Positions 31,197 through 41,907 of a stretch of DNA of 64,000 nt are shown piece by piece (position 1 is the first letter of the stretch; each line of letters begins with the position of its first letter). Under the pieces are notes generated by a model, which saw nothing but the letters and a program-made list of their open reading frames with translations, ran no database searches and was not told the DNA's origin. The translations under genes were made by a program, and so were the position numbers. The DNA is from Candidatus Latescibacterota bacterium (GTDB lineage Bacteria; Latescibacterota; UBA2968): NCBI GenBank assembly GCA_965198115.1, contig OZ240241.1, positions 832,001 through 896,000 of the forward strand, in the 5' to 3' direction.

Positions 31197-31385
31197 GTGT
31201 TAATTACAGGTGGAACCGGTTATGTGGCCAGGCGGATGTTGCCGGCGTTGCGTGAACGGAATGACCTGGCAATTTTGGATGTGAAGACAACCAATGGCAG
31301 GGCGAGGATGTTGAGGATGCGGACGCCTTTGGATGTGAAGACAACCAACCGGCAGGGCGAGGAGGTTGAGGATGCGGACGCCCCT
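31197..31385 (+). pseudogene. NAD-dependent epimerase/dehydratase N-terminal remnant with tandem duplication
   Basis: LITGGTGYVA Rossmann start, then a ~54-bp unit (TTTGGATGTGAAGACAACCAA...GAGGATGCGGACGCC) repeated twice, then truncation. Confidence 0.65.
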
Positions 31386-31648
31386 GTTATCGGAGTATTG
31401 ATCATGGTAGCTGCTGTAGAAGGAGTAGGCGTTGACTTCCCCGCTAAAAGTAAAATAGAAAAAACAAAGAGGGCGATGTCGTCCCCCTATTTCTTTAGCT
31501 GATCCCAAACTGCCACAGGCAGGTCAATCCGGCTTCGCCGGACCGGACCCCGTCGCAGACGCAAACCGTTACACGCCACCGTGGCCCTACCCCGAAAATG
31601 TGCCGCGTCCCTGCGGCACCCAACTCCCTTGGAAGGCTGTCTCATAGG

Positions 31649-32371
31649 ATGCCAGATATTCGTGCAGTTCTCTTCGATCTGGGCAATACACTTTCCGTGA
31701 GTGCTTCGCTGTCCGACTCTTTCGCTGACCTGGCTGGGAGATCCATTGCTGGGGAACTGGGATTGAAAGATGGAATCATGACCCAGTTGGGTGAGGAGAT
31801 CGATCAATCAATCGCGGAACTCTACAAGGATGATTCCACAGAACAACCTCACTGGCTGGATGTCTGGCAGCGCCCTATTGGCCGTCATGGAATCACGCTC
31901 AGTCCAAGAGACATTGAGCGACTGTGTCGGACCCATCTTGAGCACTTTGTCAATTGCTGCGAGGTTGCTCCACACAGTATTCCCTTGCTCGCTTACCTGC
32001 AGCAAGCAGCCATTCCTATGGGCTTAGTCTCCAACGTGACCGGACCTGTCGAGATATTTCAAGAGGACCTAGACCGCAAGAACTTGACGCCCTTCTTCAA
32101 GGTGGTGGTCTGGTCTGGTTCTGTTGGTTATCGGAAACCGGACCGGCGCATCTTTGAGATTGCTCTCGACGGCCTTGATCTGGAAGCAGGGAAGCACATC
32201 GCGATGGCAGGAGATAGTGAAGAGGCTGACATACTTGGTGGGAATTCAATGGGTTTCACGACAGTCAGAGTTGTGAAGGCCGCGAGTGATCAGAAGACAG
32301 CTGCCGATTACATCAGTACCGGATCTGGCCTTCTTGATCTTTTCCAATCAAGCATCAGGATATCACCATGA
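31649..32371 (+). CDS. HAD-family hydrolase carried on an integron-type gene cassette
   Basis: FDLGNTL, LVSN, RKPDRRIF, AGDSEEADILGG motifs; flanked by GTTACAC and an attC site. Confidence 0.85.
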   Translation: MPDIRAVLFDLGNTLSVSASLSDSFADLAGRSIAGELGLKDGIMTQLGEEIDQSIAELYKDDSTEQPHWLDVWQRPIGRHGITLSPRDIERLCRTHLEHFVNCCEVAPHSIPLLAYLQQAAIPMGLVSNVTGPVEIFQEDLDRKNLTPFFKVVVWSGSVGYRKPDRRIFEIALDGLDLEAGKHIAMAGDSEEADILGGNSMGFTTVRVVKAASDQKTAADYISTGSGLLDLFQSSIRISP

Positions 32372-32425
32372 GGAGCACGGCCTTGCCGTCCGTGGCAAGG
32401 CCGTCCCCACCGGGCCACGGCAAGC

Positions 32426-32564
32426 GTGTAACAACGGGTTGCAGCTCCGCTCCCTCCGGTCGCTCCGGCCTTCGGCACACCTGCCTTTGTCACACCGGCT
32501 GCTTACGCAGCCGGCGCGCCATCCCTCCGGGACGGCAGGCGTCTGCAACCCTGGAACGTTAAAT
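32426..32564 (+). other. attC recombination site
   Basis: R'' GTGTAAC, inner arms GGGTTGCAG/CTGCAACCC, internal hairpins, R' GTTAAAT. R'' is complementary to the cassette's 5' GTTACACGC at 31568. Confidence 0.75.
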
Positions 32565-32665
32565 GCCATGCCGGTGCCAGAAAGGCGGCCCTTCCCCCTG
32601 GGCCGCCCTCAGATCACTGAACTCTCTGCCACGCTGCGGATGAATAGGTCACCGATCGGCTGACG

Positions 32666-33022
32666 CTAGGCCGAATCGGACTCCGAGTTCGTACCTCTCA
32701 TGTAGCCACAGATGATGAAAAGCGCACCGGCCAGCAAACCGGGAATCCGAACGATCGTTGCGGGACCAAATCGGAAGGCCGGTTTAACGGAGGCGACGAG
32801 GATGTAGATGGCTACGATGCTGAGAATATGAACCAGCCCCCCCCACCTTCTCCCACCGCCAGGCCCCACCGGTAACAGAACGGCCGGGCTGACCATCAGG
32901 ACAACCTGGACGGGTATCGGCAGAGGAATGCTCGAATATTGCAGGATCCCGGGAACCTGGCTCAACCACATCAGCGCATAAAGGATTCCCAGGATACGTG
33001 CGACCCACCGTACGGTGTTCAT
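32666..33022 (-). CDS. hypothetical 4-TM membrane protein
   Basis: 118 aa, SD GGAGG upstream, four hydrophobic helices. Confidence 0.65.
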   Translation of the reverse strand: MNTVRWVARILGILYALMWLSQVPGILQYSSIPLPIPVQVVLMVSPAVLLPVGPGGGRRWGGLVHILSIVAIYILVASVKPAFRFGPATIVRIPGLLAGALFIICGYMRGTNSESDSA

Positions 33023-33253
33023 CTGACGCGCCTCCCTCCTGTTCCAGTCGTTCGTCTACGTCCTTTCCTCGGCCGCGGCAGGCCGCCTTGTTGTTGAACT
33101 GCACCCCGGGGTCGTTGCCCCTCAACAAACGATATTCGACAGCCGAGACGATCGTCAAGACGATGAAATAAGGAGCGTCTGGCCCGATGGTCGGAAGGAA
33201 CAAAGAAGGGGCGCCCCCAGAGGGATGCGGCCCTTCTAAGACTCTCTTTTTTG

Positions 33254-33724
33254 GGCTCTATCCGGGTTTCTCAACGGTGAAACTATAGAATGACAAGGTC
33301 ATAGATCGTTCCCTACGCTTGGTTGTGTGTGTAGGACAATCAAAGCGAAGGGGGTGCGACCTATGACCGGGAGCAGATTACTATCGAAACTGCTGAGATT
33401 CAAGGGGTTCCGTGTTGTCAGCTGGTGGTTTGAGGGGAGAAGCTGCTTCGTCATCGCCGTAAAGCCACATAAGAATGGTTGTTGTTGTCCGGAGTGCGGC
33501 CGTCGAGGTAAAATCGTCCGCACAATGCCCCATCCGCGTCGGTGGCGTGACATTCCGGTGTGCGGGTGGAGGGTCTGGCTTCTCTACCATCCTCGGGAGA
33601 TTCGGTGTCCTACCCACGGTCGTGTGGTCGAGGAGATTCCGTGGGCGGAGCGGTTCTCTCGGGTGACGTATCGCTTCGAGTATGCCATGCTGCGCTACTG
33701 CCAGACCATGACGCAGAAGGCGGC
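33254..33724 (+). mobile_element. ISL3 copy 2, truncated by IS3 sequence
   Basis: Matches the first ~470 bp of ISL3 copy 1, then switches abruptly to TGACCTGCCCC. Confidence 0.9.
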
Positions 33725-33943
33725 TGACCTGCCCCCCTGGATTGTTCCCATTCCTAAAGTTAGGATATCGGAACATAGAAAGGGGGCCGAATGGCCAGGA
33801 AGCGATACACAGCGGAGCAGATCATCGGACATCTCCGTCAGGCAGAGATTCGTATATCGTAAGGCAAGACGGTCGGCGAGGTCTCGCGTGAGCTTGGCGT
33901 CAGTGACCTGCCCCCATCTATGTGTCCACATCCAGAGTTAGGA
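33725..33943. mobile_element. IS3 left-end fragment followed by an inverted right-end fragment of the same IS3
   Basis: 33725-33903 is the reverse complement of the 62293 end (IRL plus orfA start); 33904-33943 matches the sequence from 61070. Confidence 0.85.
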
Positions 33944-33997
33944 TTTGCCACGAAATAAGTGCTGCACTTTTCAAGGTAATGATCTTACGCTCGGAGT

Positions 33998-34225
33998 GTG
34001 GACGTCGAAACTCTCCGAACGAAGTATGAAGCCTTGGCTCCGGTGCTGACGGAACGCACGCGTCGTCTGTGGGCCGCCACGGAAGCCGAAGCGTTGGGTC
34101 ACGGTGGGATCGCGATTGTGGCTCTGGCGACAGGAATGTCCAGAGAGCGGATCTTTCGTGGCATTCAGGAGTTGAGGTCGGACGAACCTTTGGACCCGGC
34201 TCGCATCCGGCGTCCAGGCGGCGAT
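33998..34225 (+). pseudogene. ISAzo13-family transposase N-terminal remnant
   Basis: LAPVLTERTRRLWAATEAEALGHGGI..VALATGMSR.RI.RGIQEL...RIRRPGG. Confidence 0.8.
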
Positions 34226-34359
34226 CACCCTATAGTGCCGTCACATCGTCCTTCTCTCGCTACGTTGCGGCCTAGGCGAGCGGAGAATCCAAGCTTTTTT
34301 GAACACTGAACACGCCTATCCAGACACCCATCTAACCGTTTCCATCTGCGAGAATCACC

Positions 34360-35991
34360 ATGACTAAAACTCACAGACCCGCCGTCCAGGGCACACGCCA
34401 CGCAATCGCTTCAACGCATTACCTCGCCTCGATGGGGGGCATGCGGATCCTCGAAGAGGGTGGAAACGCGGCGGATGCGGGCGTCGCGGCCGGTATCTGC
34501 ATCAACATGGTCGAGACGCATCTGACGCAGTTCGGTGGCGTCGCGCCCATCATCTATTGCCCTGCATCAGGCGGATCGGTTGAAACGATCAGCGGTCTGG
34601 GACGATGGCCGGGAGGCGCAACGGTCGATTATTATCGCGAGCATGCAGGCGGTGGTTTGCCGGAGGGGATCCTCCGGTCCGTCACCCCGGCCTCGCCCGA
34701 CGCCTGGATCACCGCACTCGCTCGGTTCGGGACGATGACGTTCGAGCAGGTCGTTCAGCCGGCGCTGGAGCTTGTCGAAAGCTGGCCAGAGCGTTACGCC
34801 GGGCAGAAGGACATGGCTACGACCTTCAGGCGTCTCATTGAGGCCGAGTCGAAAGCGGGTGGAGACAGGCACGCCGGTCTGAAGGCCGCTCGCGATCTTG
34901 TCTACAAGGGAGAGATTGCGCAAGAGATTGCGGCTTTTTCGGAGAAGGAAGGAGGACTCCTTCGCGCCGAAGATCTGGCGGCGTTCAGCGTGCGGATCGA
35001 GCCGCCCGAGTATAAGCACTTTCGAGGTCACGATGTTTACTCCTGCGGTCCCTGGTGCCAAGGTCCATCCCTGCTGATGGCGCTCAACATCCTGGATCGG
35101 TTCGATCTCCAGGAAATGGGACACAACAGCGCAGATTACCTGCACATCCTCCTCGAGACGATCAAGCTGACGTTCGCGGATCGACACGATTACATCGGAG
35201 ACCCCGACTTCGTGAACGTGCCCATGGAAGGTCTGCTAGCAGACACCTATGGTGAAACGAGGGCGGAAGCGATCAACATGACTGCAGCGGCACCTGATAT
35301 GCCGCAAGCGGGCGACCCGTGGTCGTTCCAGTCAGAGCCGCGACCAGAGAATGGATCGAACGGGAATGTTGCTCGGGGCGAGACGGCTTACGCGTCGACG
35401 TGGGAACGAGACACCGCCTACGTGTGTGTGGTAGATGGTGAAGGCAACGCCTTTTCAGCGACGCCGAGCGACCCCATCGATTGGAGCCCTGTGATCCCCG
35501 GCTTAGGGTTCAGTATATCGGCCCGTGGATCGCAGTCGTGGCTGGACCCAGATCATCCCTCGTGCCTCGCCCCCGGAAAGCGTCCGAGGCTCACGCCGAA
35601 TCCAGCGATGACCCTGAAGTATGGGAAGCCGTGGATGCCCTTCGGATGCCCGGGCGGGGATGCACAGGTGCAGGGCATGCTTCAGGTCTTCCTGAATGTT
35701 GTCTGCTTCGGGATGGATCCGCAGCAGGCGATCGAATCGCCACGTGTCGTGTCGCACAGCTTCCCCAACTCATTCTGGCCGCATCATTCGCGCCCGGGAG
35801 AGGCCGTTGTCGAAACACGCATCAAGGAAAGGGTCCGTCAGGATCTCTCGCGTCGGGGACACACGATCATAGAGGACGGGGAGTGGTCAAGTGGGATGAG
35901 CCGGATGTGCGCAATCGTAGTCGATCAAGAAACGGGCTTGCGGACCGGAGGCGCCGACCCCAGAGGCCCCAGCTACGCCATCGCCTGGTGA
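34360..35991 (+). CDS. ggt: gamma-glutamyltransferase family protein
   Basis: GGNAADAGVA, DT..VCVVDGEGNA.S.T, PGKRPRLT..P, FGCPGGD.Q, GADPR. Confidence 0.88.
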   Translation: MTKTHRPAVQGTRHAIASTHYLASMGGMRILEEGGNAADAGVAAGICINMVETHLTQFGGVAPIIYCPASGGSVETISGLGRWPGGATVDYYREHAGGGLPEGILRSVTPASPDAWITALARFGTMTFEQVVQPALELVESWPERYAGQKDMATTFRRLIEAESKAGGDRHAGLKAARDLVYKGEIAQEIAAFSEKEGGLLRAEDLAAFSVRIEPPEYKHFRGHDVYSCGPWCQGPSLLMALNILDRFDLQEMGHNSADYLHILLETIKLTFADRHDYIGDPDFVNVPMEGLLADTYGETRAEAINMTAAAPDMPQAGDPWSFQSEPRPENGSNGNVARGETAYASTWERDTAYVCVVDGEGNAFSATPSDPIDWSPVIPGLGFSISARGSQSWLDPDHPSCLAPGKRPRLTPNPAMTLKYGKPWMPFGCPGGDAQVQGMLQVFLNVVCFGMDPQQAIESPRVVSHSFPNSFWPHHSRPGEAVVETRIKERVRQDLSRRGHTIIEDGEWSSGMSRMCAIVVDQETGLRTGGADPRGPSYAIAW

Positions 35992-36073
35992 TCCTGCAAG
36001 GGAAGTTTTCCTGGGCCGCCAAGATGGCTTAGGTGCTTCCCGAACAGCGAACAGCGAACACCGGAGACAGAAG

Positions 36074-37021
36074 ATGCCCGGACAGTTAGACGAACAGACC
36101 GCCGCGTTCCTGAAGTCGTATGAAGATCCCGACGCCCCGCCACTCCATACGGTGTCCCCGGATGATTTCCGCGCGATGATCCGTGAGTTGATCGAGGCTG
36201 TCGGAGGCGACGCGGAGCCCGTGTCATCCGTCGAGGATACCACGATTCCTGGGCCGGGCGGGGAGATCCCTGTGCGCGTCTATACGCCTGAGGGCGAGGG
36301 TCCGTTTCCGATTCTCGTTTACTATCACGGCGGTGGATGGGTGATCGGGGATCTGGATACGCTCGACCCGGTGCTCCGCCCGTTGACCAACCAGGTCGGG
36401 TGTGTGACCGTTTCTGTCGACTACCGGCTCGCACCGGAAAACGTGTTTCCCGCGGCAGTGGATGACGCCTACGTTGCCTTGAAATGGGTCCACCGAAACG
36501 TGTCAAGCGTCAACGGGGACCCGGACCGGATCGCAGTGGGGGGTGACAGCGCCGGTGGTAACCTGTCAGCGGTCGTTAGCCTGATAGCGAGGGACAACGG
36601 TGGCCCCCCGATCGTACACCAGTTGCTGATCTATCCGGTGACGAATCTCTCCTCCCTGGAAACAGATTCTTACCGGAATTTTGCCGACGGCTACCTCCTG
36701 ACGGAAGAGATGATGGAGTGGTACATCGACCTGTACGTGCCGAAAGAGGCCAACCGTAAGAATCCACTCGCTTCACCTCTGCTGGCGGCTACCCTTGAGG
36801 GTCTTCCTCCCGCCCACGTGGTGACAGCAGAGTTCGATCCGCTCCTGGACGAGGGGAAAGCCTACGCGGATGCATTGCGTGAGGCTGGCGTGACCGTAAA
36901 GTACTCGGAATACGACAGCACGATCCACGGCTTCTTCACCTTGCGAGGCGTCATCGATCGCGGCAACGAAGGCATCGCTGAAGCGGCCGATGCACTGAAG
37001 GCTGCATTCTGTCTTTCCTGA
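36074..37021 (+). CDS. HSL-family alpha/beta hydrolase (esterase/lipase)
   Basis: HGGGW, VDYRLAPE, GDSAGG, FDPLLDE, HGF. Confidence 0.92.
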   Translation: MPGQLDEQTAAFLKSYEDPDAPPLHTVSPDDFRAMIRELIEAVGGDAEPVSSVEDTTIPGPGGEIPVRVYTPEGEGPFPILVYYHGGGWVIGDLDTLDPVLRPLTNQVGCVTVSVDYRLAPENVFPAAVDDAYVALKWVHRNVSSVNGDPDRIAVGGDSAGGNLSAVVSLIARDNGGPPIVHQLLIYPVTNLSSLETDSYRNFADGYLLTEEMMEWYIDLYVPKEANRKNPLASPLLAATLEGLPPAHVVTAEFDPLLDEGKAYADALREAGVTVKYSEYDSTIHGFFTLRGVIDRGNEGIAEAADALKAAFCLS

Positions 37022-37040
37022 CAGCTGACAACTGACAACT

Positions 37041-37072
37041 AAAAAGGCTGCAGCGTAAGCTGCAGCCTTTTT
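37041..37072. terminator. bidirectional Rho-independent terminator
   Basis: AAAAAGGCTGCAGC-GTAA-GCTGCAGCCTTTTT between the convergent esterase and tRNA-Arg. Confidence 0.85.
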
Positions 37073-37074
37073 CA

Positions 37075-37151
37075 TGGTGCGGATGCCAGGATTCGAACCC
37101 GGAACCTCCTGATCCGTAGTCAGGTGCTCTATCCAGTTGAGCTACATCCGC
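37075..37151 (-). tRNA. tRNA-Arg(ACG)
   Basis: GCGGATGTAGCTCAACTGGATAGAGCACCTGACTACGGATCAGGAGGTTCCGGGTTCGAATCCTGGCATCCGCACCA; full cloverleaf with encoded CCA. Confidence 0.95.
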
Positions 37152-37250
37152 AATGCGAATTTCGATGTGCTCAAGCAGCCGAGAAGAAATCAAAAAGCCA
37201 CGGGTGTGTCAAGATATGGGTTGTTTCCTATACACCGCCGGCCGTCTACC

Positions 37251-39104
37251 TCAAGTAAGATCAGGCTTTGCGAGATCCGTAATCCTGATAGCAAGGTTGT
37301 CTCCAACCACCACAACCTCCCCATGACCAAAAAGAGGCTCTATCCGGGTTTCTCAACGGTGAAACTATAGAATGACAAGGTCATAGATCGTTCCCTACGC
37401 TTGGTTGTGTGTGTAGGACAATCAAAGCGAAGGGGGTGCGACCTATGACCGGGAGCAGATTACTATCGAAACTGCTGAGATTCAAGGGGTTCCGTGTTGT
37501 CAGCTGGTGGTTTGAGGGGAGAAGCTGTTTCGTCATCGCCGTAAAGCCACATAAGAATGGTTGTTGTTGTCCGGAGTGCGGCCGTCGAGGTAAAATCGTC
37601 CGCACAATGCCCCATCCGCGTCGGTGGCGTGACATTCCGGTGTGCGGGTGGAGGGTCTGGCTTCTCTACCATCCTCGGGAGATTCGGTGTCCTACCCACG
37701 GTCGTGTGGTCGAGGAGATTCCGTGGGCGGAGCGGTTCTCTCGGGTGACGTATCGCTTCGAGTATGCCATGCTGCGCTACTGCCAGACCATGACGCAGAA
37801 GGCGGCGTCCGAGTTACTGCGCATCTCTGCCTCGACGCTGTCGGATCTCCTTCACCGATCCATCACGCGGCTTCGTGAAGGTCATCGTATCCGAGGGCTC
37901 AAAACCATCGGGATCGACGAGATCTCCTACGCCAAGCGTCACAGGTACGCCACGCTCGTTTACGATCTGGACCGCTCCTGCGTGGTGTGGGTTGGCCGCG
38001 GCAGGGCGCGTAAAACGATCGATCGGTTCTTCACAGAGGCTCTCAGTCCCTACCAGAGATCCAAGATCGAGTGGGCCTGCTGCGACATGAGCGAAGCTTA
38101 CATCGGAGCCATCCAGGAACACTGTCCGAATGCCAAGCTGGTCCTCGATCGCTTTCACATCGTCAAGGCTCTCAATGCCGCCGTTGACGAGGTCCGTAAG
38201 GACCAGTGGCGTAAAGCTGCCCCGGATGAGCGCAAAGCCATGAAGGGCCTCCGATGGCTCCTCTACCGGCACTCAGCGACACGCTCCAGAGGGGATACTC
38301 GGACACTCAAAGCACTGGAGAAGGCGAACTACCGAATCTATAGAGCCTGGAGACTCAAGGACGAGTTCGAGCAGTTCTGGGAATACAAAGCGCCCTGGGC
38401 TGCCGAACGCTTCCTGAAATGCTGGACGACGTCCGCACTCAGAAGTCGACGTGAACCCCTGCGAAAGTTCGTCAGGACCCTGCGACAGCACTTCTTCGGC
38501 GTCCTCGCATTCGTGAACACGCGTCTTACCAACGCCATCGCCGAAGGCCTCAACCGAATCGTCCAAATCGTCAAGAACCGAGCCAGCGGATTCCGCACAC
38601 TCGACGCATTCAACGATATGATCTTCCTTACCGTCGGAGACATAAACATCCCTGAGCAGATTCCGAAGAGGTTCCGCACACTCTAACCGCGCCCCCATGC
38701 CAGGAACCACGGCACCTTCACCCACTTCATCTCGTTGAGAGATCCGGATATAGCCCAAAAAGAGACCCGTTGACCATGATTTCCATCGGCATTCCGGAGA
38801 GCTTCTTCGTCTCGACGATGGACCCTTCCTTCCACTCGAGGATTTCCTTGAGCGATTTGGGAACGCGGCCGAGCTCGATCGAGACTTTCATAGGAACGTC
38901 ATCATACCGTTCTACGAACTTTTCAACGTCGCCGAGGTCTTCGATCGTAAGTTGCTCGAACCGGGCCCGATGTGCCGTAGGGTCGTCCACCGGTCCTGGC
39001 GGCGATTCGGCTCCTGTGTCGGGCGACTCGTCCACCGGCTGCTCAATAGGCGGATCCGCCGGCTCGTCGGCAGGCTGCTCGATTGGATTGTCTTCTTCGG
39101 CCAT
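37251..39104 (-). pseudogene. fliN: FliN/SpoA-domain protein interrupted by ISL3
   Basis: DVPMKVSIELGR..LKEILEWKEGSIVE...GMPMEIMVNGSLF|GHGEVVVVGDNLAIRITDLAKPDLT* rejoins in frame across the IS. Confidence 0.85.
37336..38755 (+). mobile_element. ISL3 copy 3, with intact 425-aa transposase ORF (37409-38686)
   Basis: 1420 bp, terminal IRs, 8-bp TSD CAAAAAGA. Confidence 0.95.
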
Positions 39105-39131
39105 GAATGTGGCTCCAGGCGACCGGGGAGG

Positions 39132-39521
39132 CTACGCGGGGTCTGCGGGCGGTTCGGTGTCTTCCGTAGGGGAATCGTCACCGCCCGTGTCTTCTTCGGC
39201 CAGCACGTTGCTGACTTTACCCAGAAGGTCCAACTTGGAGACGACGCCCCTAAGCTGGCCGACGCACTGACCTCCACTCACCAGGTGGACCGTGGGGACG
39301 GTTCTCACACCCTGGTTGAGGATGATGTAATCTTCTTTGTCGGTGTCCACCGAGAAGTAGAGCATCTTGTCACCCACTTCGTCGGCCGCTGCTTTAACCG
39401 TTTCCAGCATCTCCTGACCCTGCTTGCACCAGGGCGCATTGTAGTAGACCAGGGTTGTCTTTTCGGCCTTCAGAACCTGCGCCTCGAAACTCTCACGCGT
39501 CACTTCTGTCAATTCCGCCAT
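39132..39521 (-). CDS. thioredoxin-like protein with degenerate active site (WCKQG)
   Basis: F...VL......LVYYNAPWCKQG, GVRTVPT cis-Pro loop; the second Cys of WCxxC is missing. Confidence 0.8.
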   Translation of the reverse strand: MAELTEVTRESFEAQVLKAEKTTLVYYNAPWCKQGQEMLETVKAAADEVGDKMLYFSVDTDKEDYIILNQGVRTVPTVHLVSGGQCVGQLRGVVSKLDLLGKVSNVLAEEDTGGDDSPTEDTEPPADPA

Positions 39522-39545
39522 GCTTCTACCCGAAATTCCTTAGCG

Positions 39546-40190
39546 TCAAGCGATAGGGCGTGAGCGTCGTCCTGACGTCTGACCACTGACGCCTGCCCGG
39601 AGCCTGTCTCGAGCGGAGGCGAGAGGTAGCCGCATCTGCGGCGAAGGTGGGACTGGCAACCATCTTAATATAAGAAAATGTTGTCCGCCTGTGCGGGGAC
39701 ACACGTCCCTTTGCTCTCGCTCGTGCTTTTCTTCCCGCAGTTTCTCGATTTCGCCGTTGGTGTCGTAGAGCTTCGTCGAGAGGTTCTTGACGAGGTTGAG
39801 AAGGATTTTCCGACAGACGCCGCCGTCTTCTGTGAACAGTTTCAGCAGAGCATCCTTCGTGATCTGGAAGCCCATGGCCTGGTCAATGGCGATCACATCA
39901 GCGGATCGAACCTCATCGGTGATCACGCCCATTTCGCCGACGAGTCCGATGGGGGAGATATAAGCAATGTCCACGCCAGTTTTGGTTCGCGCCACGATCT
40001 GACCGTCCAGAAGGATAAACAGGCTGTCGCTCGGCTGGCCGAACTGGTAGATCATCTGATCCGGCTCGAACCGCACGACCTGGCAGATTCCATAGATCTT
40101 GGCCACCTCACCATCGTCCAGGTGCTCGAAAATCGGAATCGCCTTCAAATGGCTGATGATCTGCTGCTGAGCCGCTGCATCATTGGACAT
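39546..40190 (-). CDS. cyclic-nucleotide-binding domain protein
   Basis: LKAIPIF..L, G.PSDSLFILLDG, GEMG, RSADV; the 3' end is uncertain. Confidence 0.8.
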   Translation of the reverse strand: MSNDAAAQQQIISHLKAIPIFEHLDDGEVAKIYGICQVVRFEPDQMIYQFGQPSDSLFILLDGQIVARTKTGVDIAYISPIGLVGEMGVITDEVRSADVIAIDQAMGFQITKDALLKLFTEDGGVCRKILLNLVKNLSTKLYDTNGEIEKLREEKHEREQRDVCPRTGGQHFLILRWLPVPPSPQMRLPLASARDRLRAGVSGQTSGRRSRPIA

Positions 40191-40454
40191 ACAACACCCC
40201 CGCACCGCTTTCTTCCGGGTGCATGTACAGATTCGTCATGCTTAACACGGTTATTTGAACGCTGGACTTTTCGTGAGGTCTGCAGAAAAATGAGCGATCT
40301 ATCATTCGTTTCATCTGGTCCTTGCTTTCGGGTTTCAATGGTAAGTAACAAATTAACCCATTACAACCTGTTGCAAAAGGCATCACGCCCGCTTTCGAAC
40401 CCTGATTTCGGGCGACATTGACACCCTTCGAGCCCCATCCTACCTTAGTCGCCC

Positions 40455-41686
40455 ATGAGCACTGAAAATCGCCCACGAACGACCTCCAGGTCTCTGACTC
40501 TGACGGTCGGGCAAGCCGGGGGACATCTGACCGGATCGACCGAGAAACCGATCCAGGCCGCCGTTGACACGTTGAGGAGGATGGGCGGGGGACGCGTGAG
40601 CGTCGGGCCAGGTGTGTACGACTTTCGAGCGCCGCTGATGATGGCCCCCTCGGTCGCGGTGGTAGGAGCGGGGGAGGAGACGGTCTTTCGCAAAATGCCC
40701 AGCCACTCGACTCCCTTCATTCGTGACGCCGATTGGTACGAGGCACGTGTTGATGTCGAGGATCCATCCGGCTTCCAGCCGGGCGACGGCATCCTTATGC
40801 AGGTCAAGCTGGAACACGGTCGGACCGTCGTCAAACGGATCGTGACGGCCATCGATGGAAAGTCGATCCACTTGTCGGATCGGTTGATGGACAACCTGTG
40901 GCTGGAAGACGATGCGAACGCGTCCACGCTCTTCCCCCTAATTACGGCCGAAGAGTTGACGCACGACGTGACGATCGAAGATCTCGTTCTCGATGGCAAC
41001 CGCGACGGCAACGACGAGATTAACGGGAACTATGCCGGAGGTGTTTTCATACAGCGATGTGACCGCTGGCGTTTCAAGAGAGTCACGTCCCGAAACTACA
41101 ACGGCGACGGGTTCAGTTTCCAGGTGTGTGACGACGTCGTTTTCGAAGCGTGCGTATCGCACAACAATGCCAACCTCGGCTTCCATCCCGGTAGTGGATC
41201 GCAGCGACCCAGATTTCTAGGGTGCGAATCCCGCGAGAACGGGCAGGGCATCTTTTTCTGTTGGGGCGTGTCAGACGGTCGAGCCGAGGACTGTGTGTTG
41301 ACGGACAACCACGACTATGGAATCTCGATCGGTCACCGCGACACGGACAATGAAATCCTGCGGTGCAAGATCGAAGGGAATCACAAAGTCGGGATTCTGT
41401 TCAGAGAGCAGACGGATTTACGAGCCGGACATCGGACGACCGTTCGGGAATGTGAGATTCGAGACAATGGCTTTGCGCAGGAGGGGCCGGGGTGGATGTG
41501 CGAGGTCCTGTGGGCGACCTCCTGTTCGAGGCGAACGCCTTCGCGGATGGGGGACAGGGCCGTCAGCGCATAGGACTTCTCGTCGGTCCGGAAGCGGGAG
41601 ACATGACGTTGCGGGAAAACACATTCATCGGACTGGATGCGGAGATCGTGGACAGCACAGACCTGAAAGGAGCGCCGGTCACGTGA
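40455..41686 (+). CDS. right-handed parallel beta-helix repeat protein (frameshift near 41490)
   Basis: IQAAVD...GGGRV..GPGVY, LDGNR, repeated N..NG/GI motifs; the C-terminus continues in ORF 41492-41686. Confidence 0.75.
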
Positions 41687-41697
41687 CGGAAGAGGAG

Positions 41698-41907
41698 ATG
41701 AAAGAAAAGGCGATTCAATACTTGAAGAAGCATTACAGCGAAAACACCGTTTCTATGGATACCGTGAAAAACGGCGTCAAGGACGGGAACGGTGTCTTTC
41801 ACGTGGATTGTACCGTAAGCATCGCCGGTGGCCGGGAATCGGACTGGACGAAATGGTTCACGTTTCAGGATGGCGACGTCGTCAGCATGGATTGGAAAAT
41901 GAGATAA
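41698..41907 (+). CDS. small hypothetical protein (69 aa)
   Basis: SD GAGGAG plus ATG; MKEKAIQYLKKHY...WFTFQDGDVVSMDWKMR. Confidence 0.6.
   Translation: MKEKAIQYLKKHYSENTVSMDTVKNGVKDGNGVFHVDCTVSIAGGRESDWTKWFTFQDGDVVSMDWKMR

Noticed and set aside
39132-39521. Second selenoprotein (thioredoxin)
   Set aside because: The active-site codons are TGG TGC AAG CAG GGT; there is no in-frame TGA.
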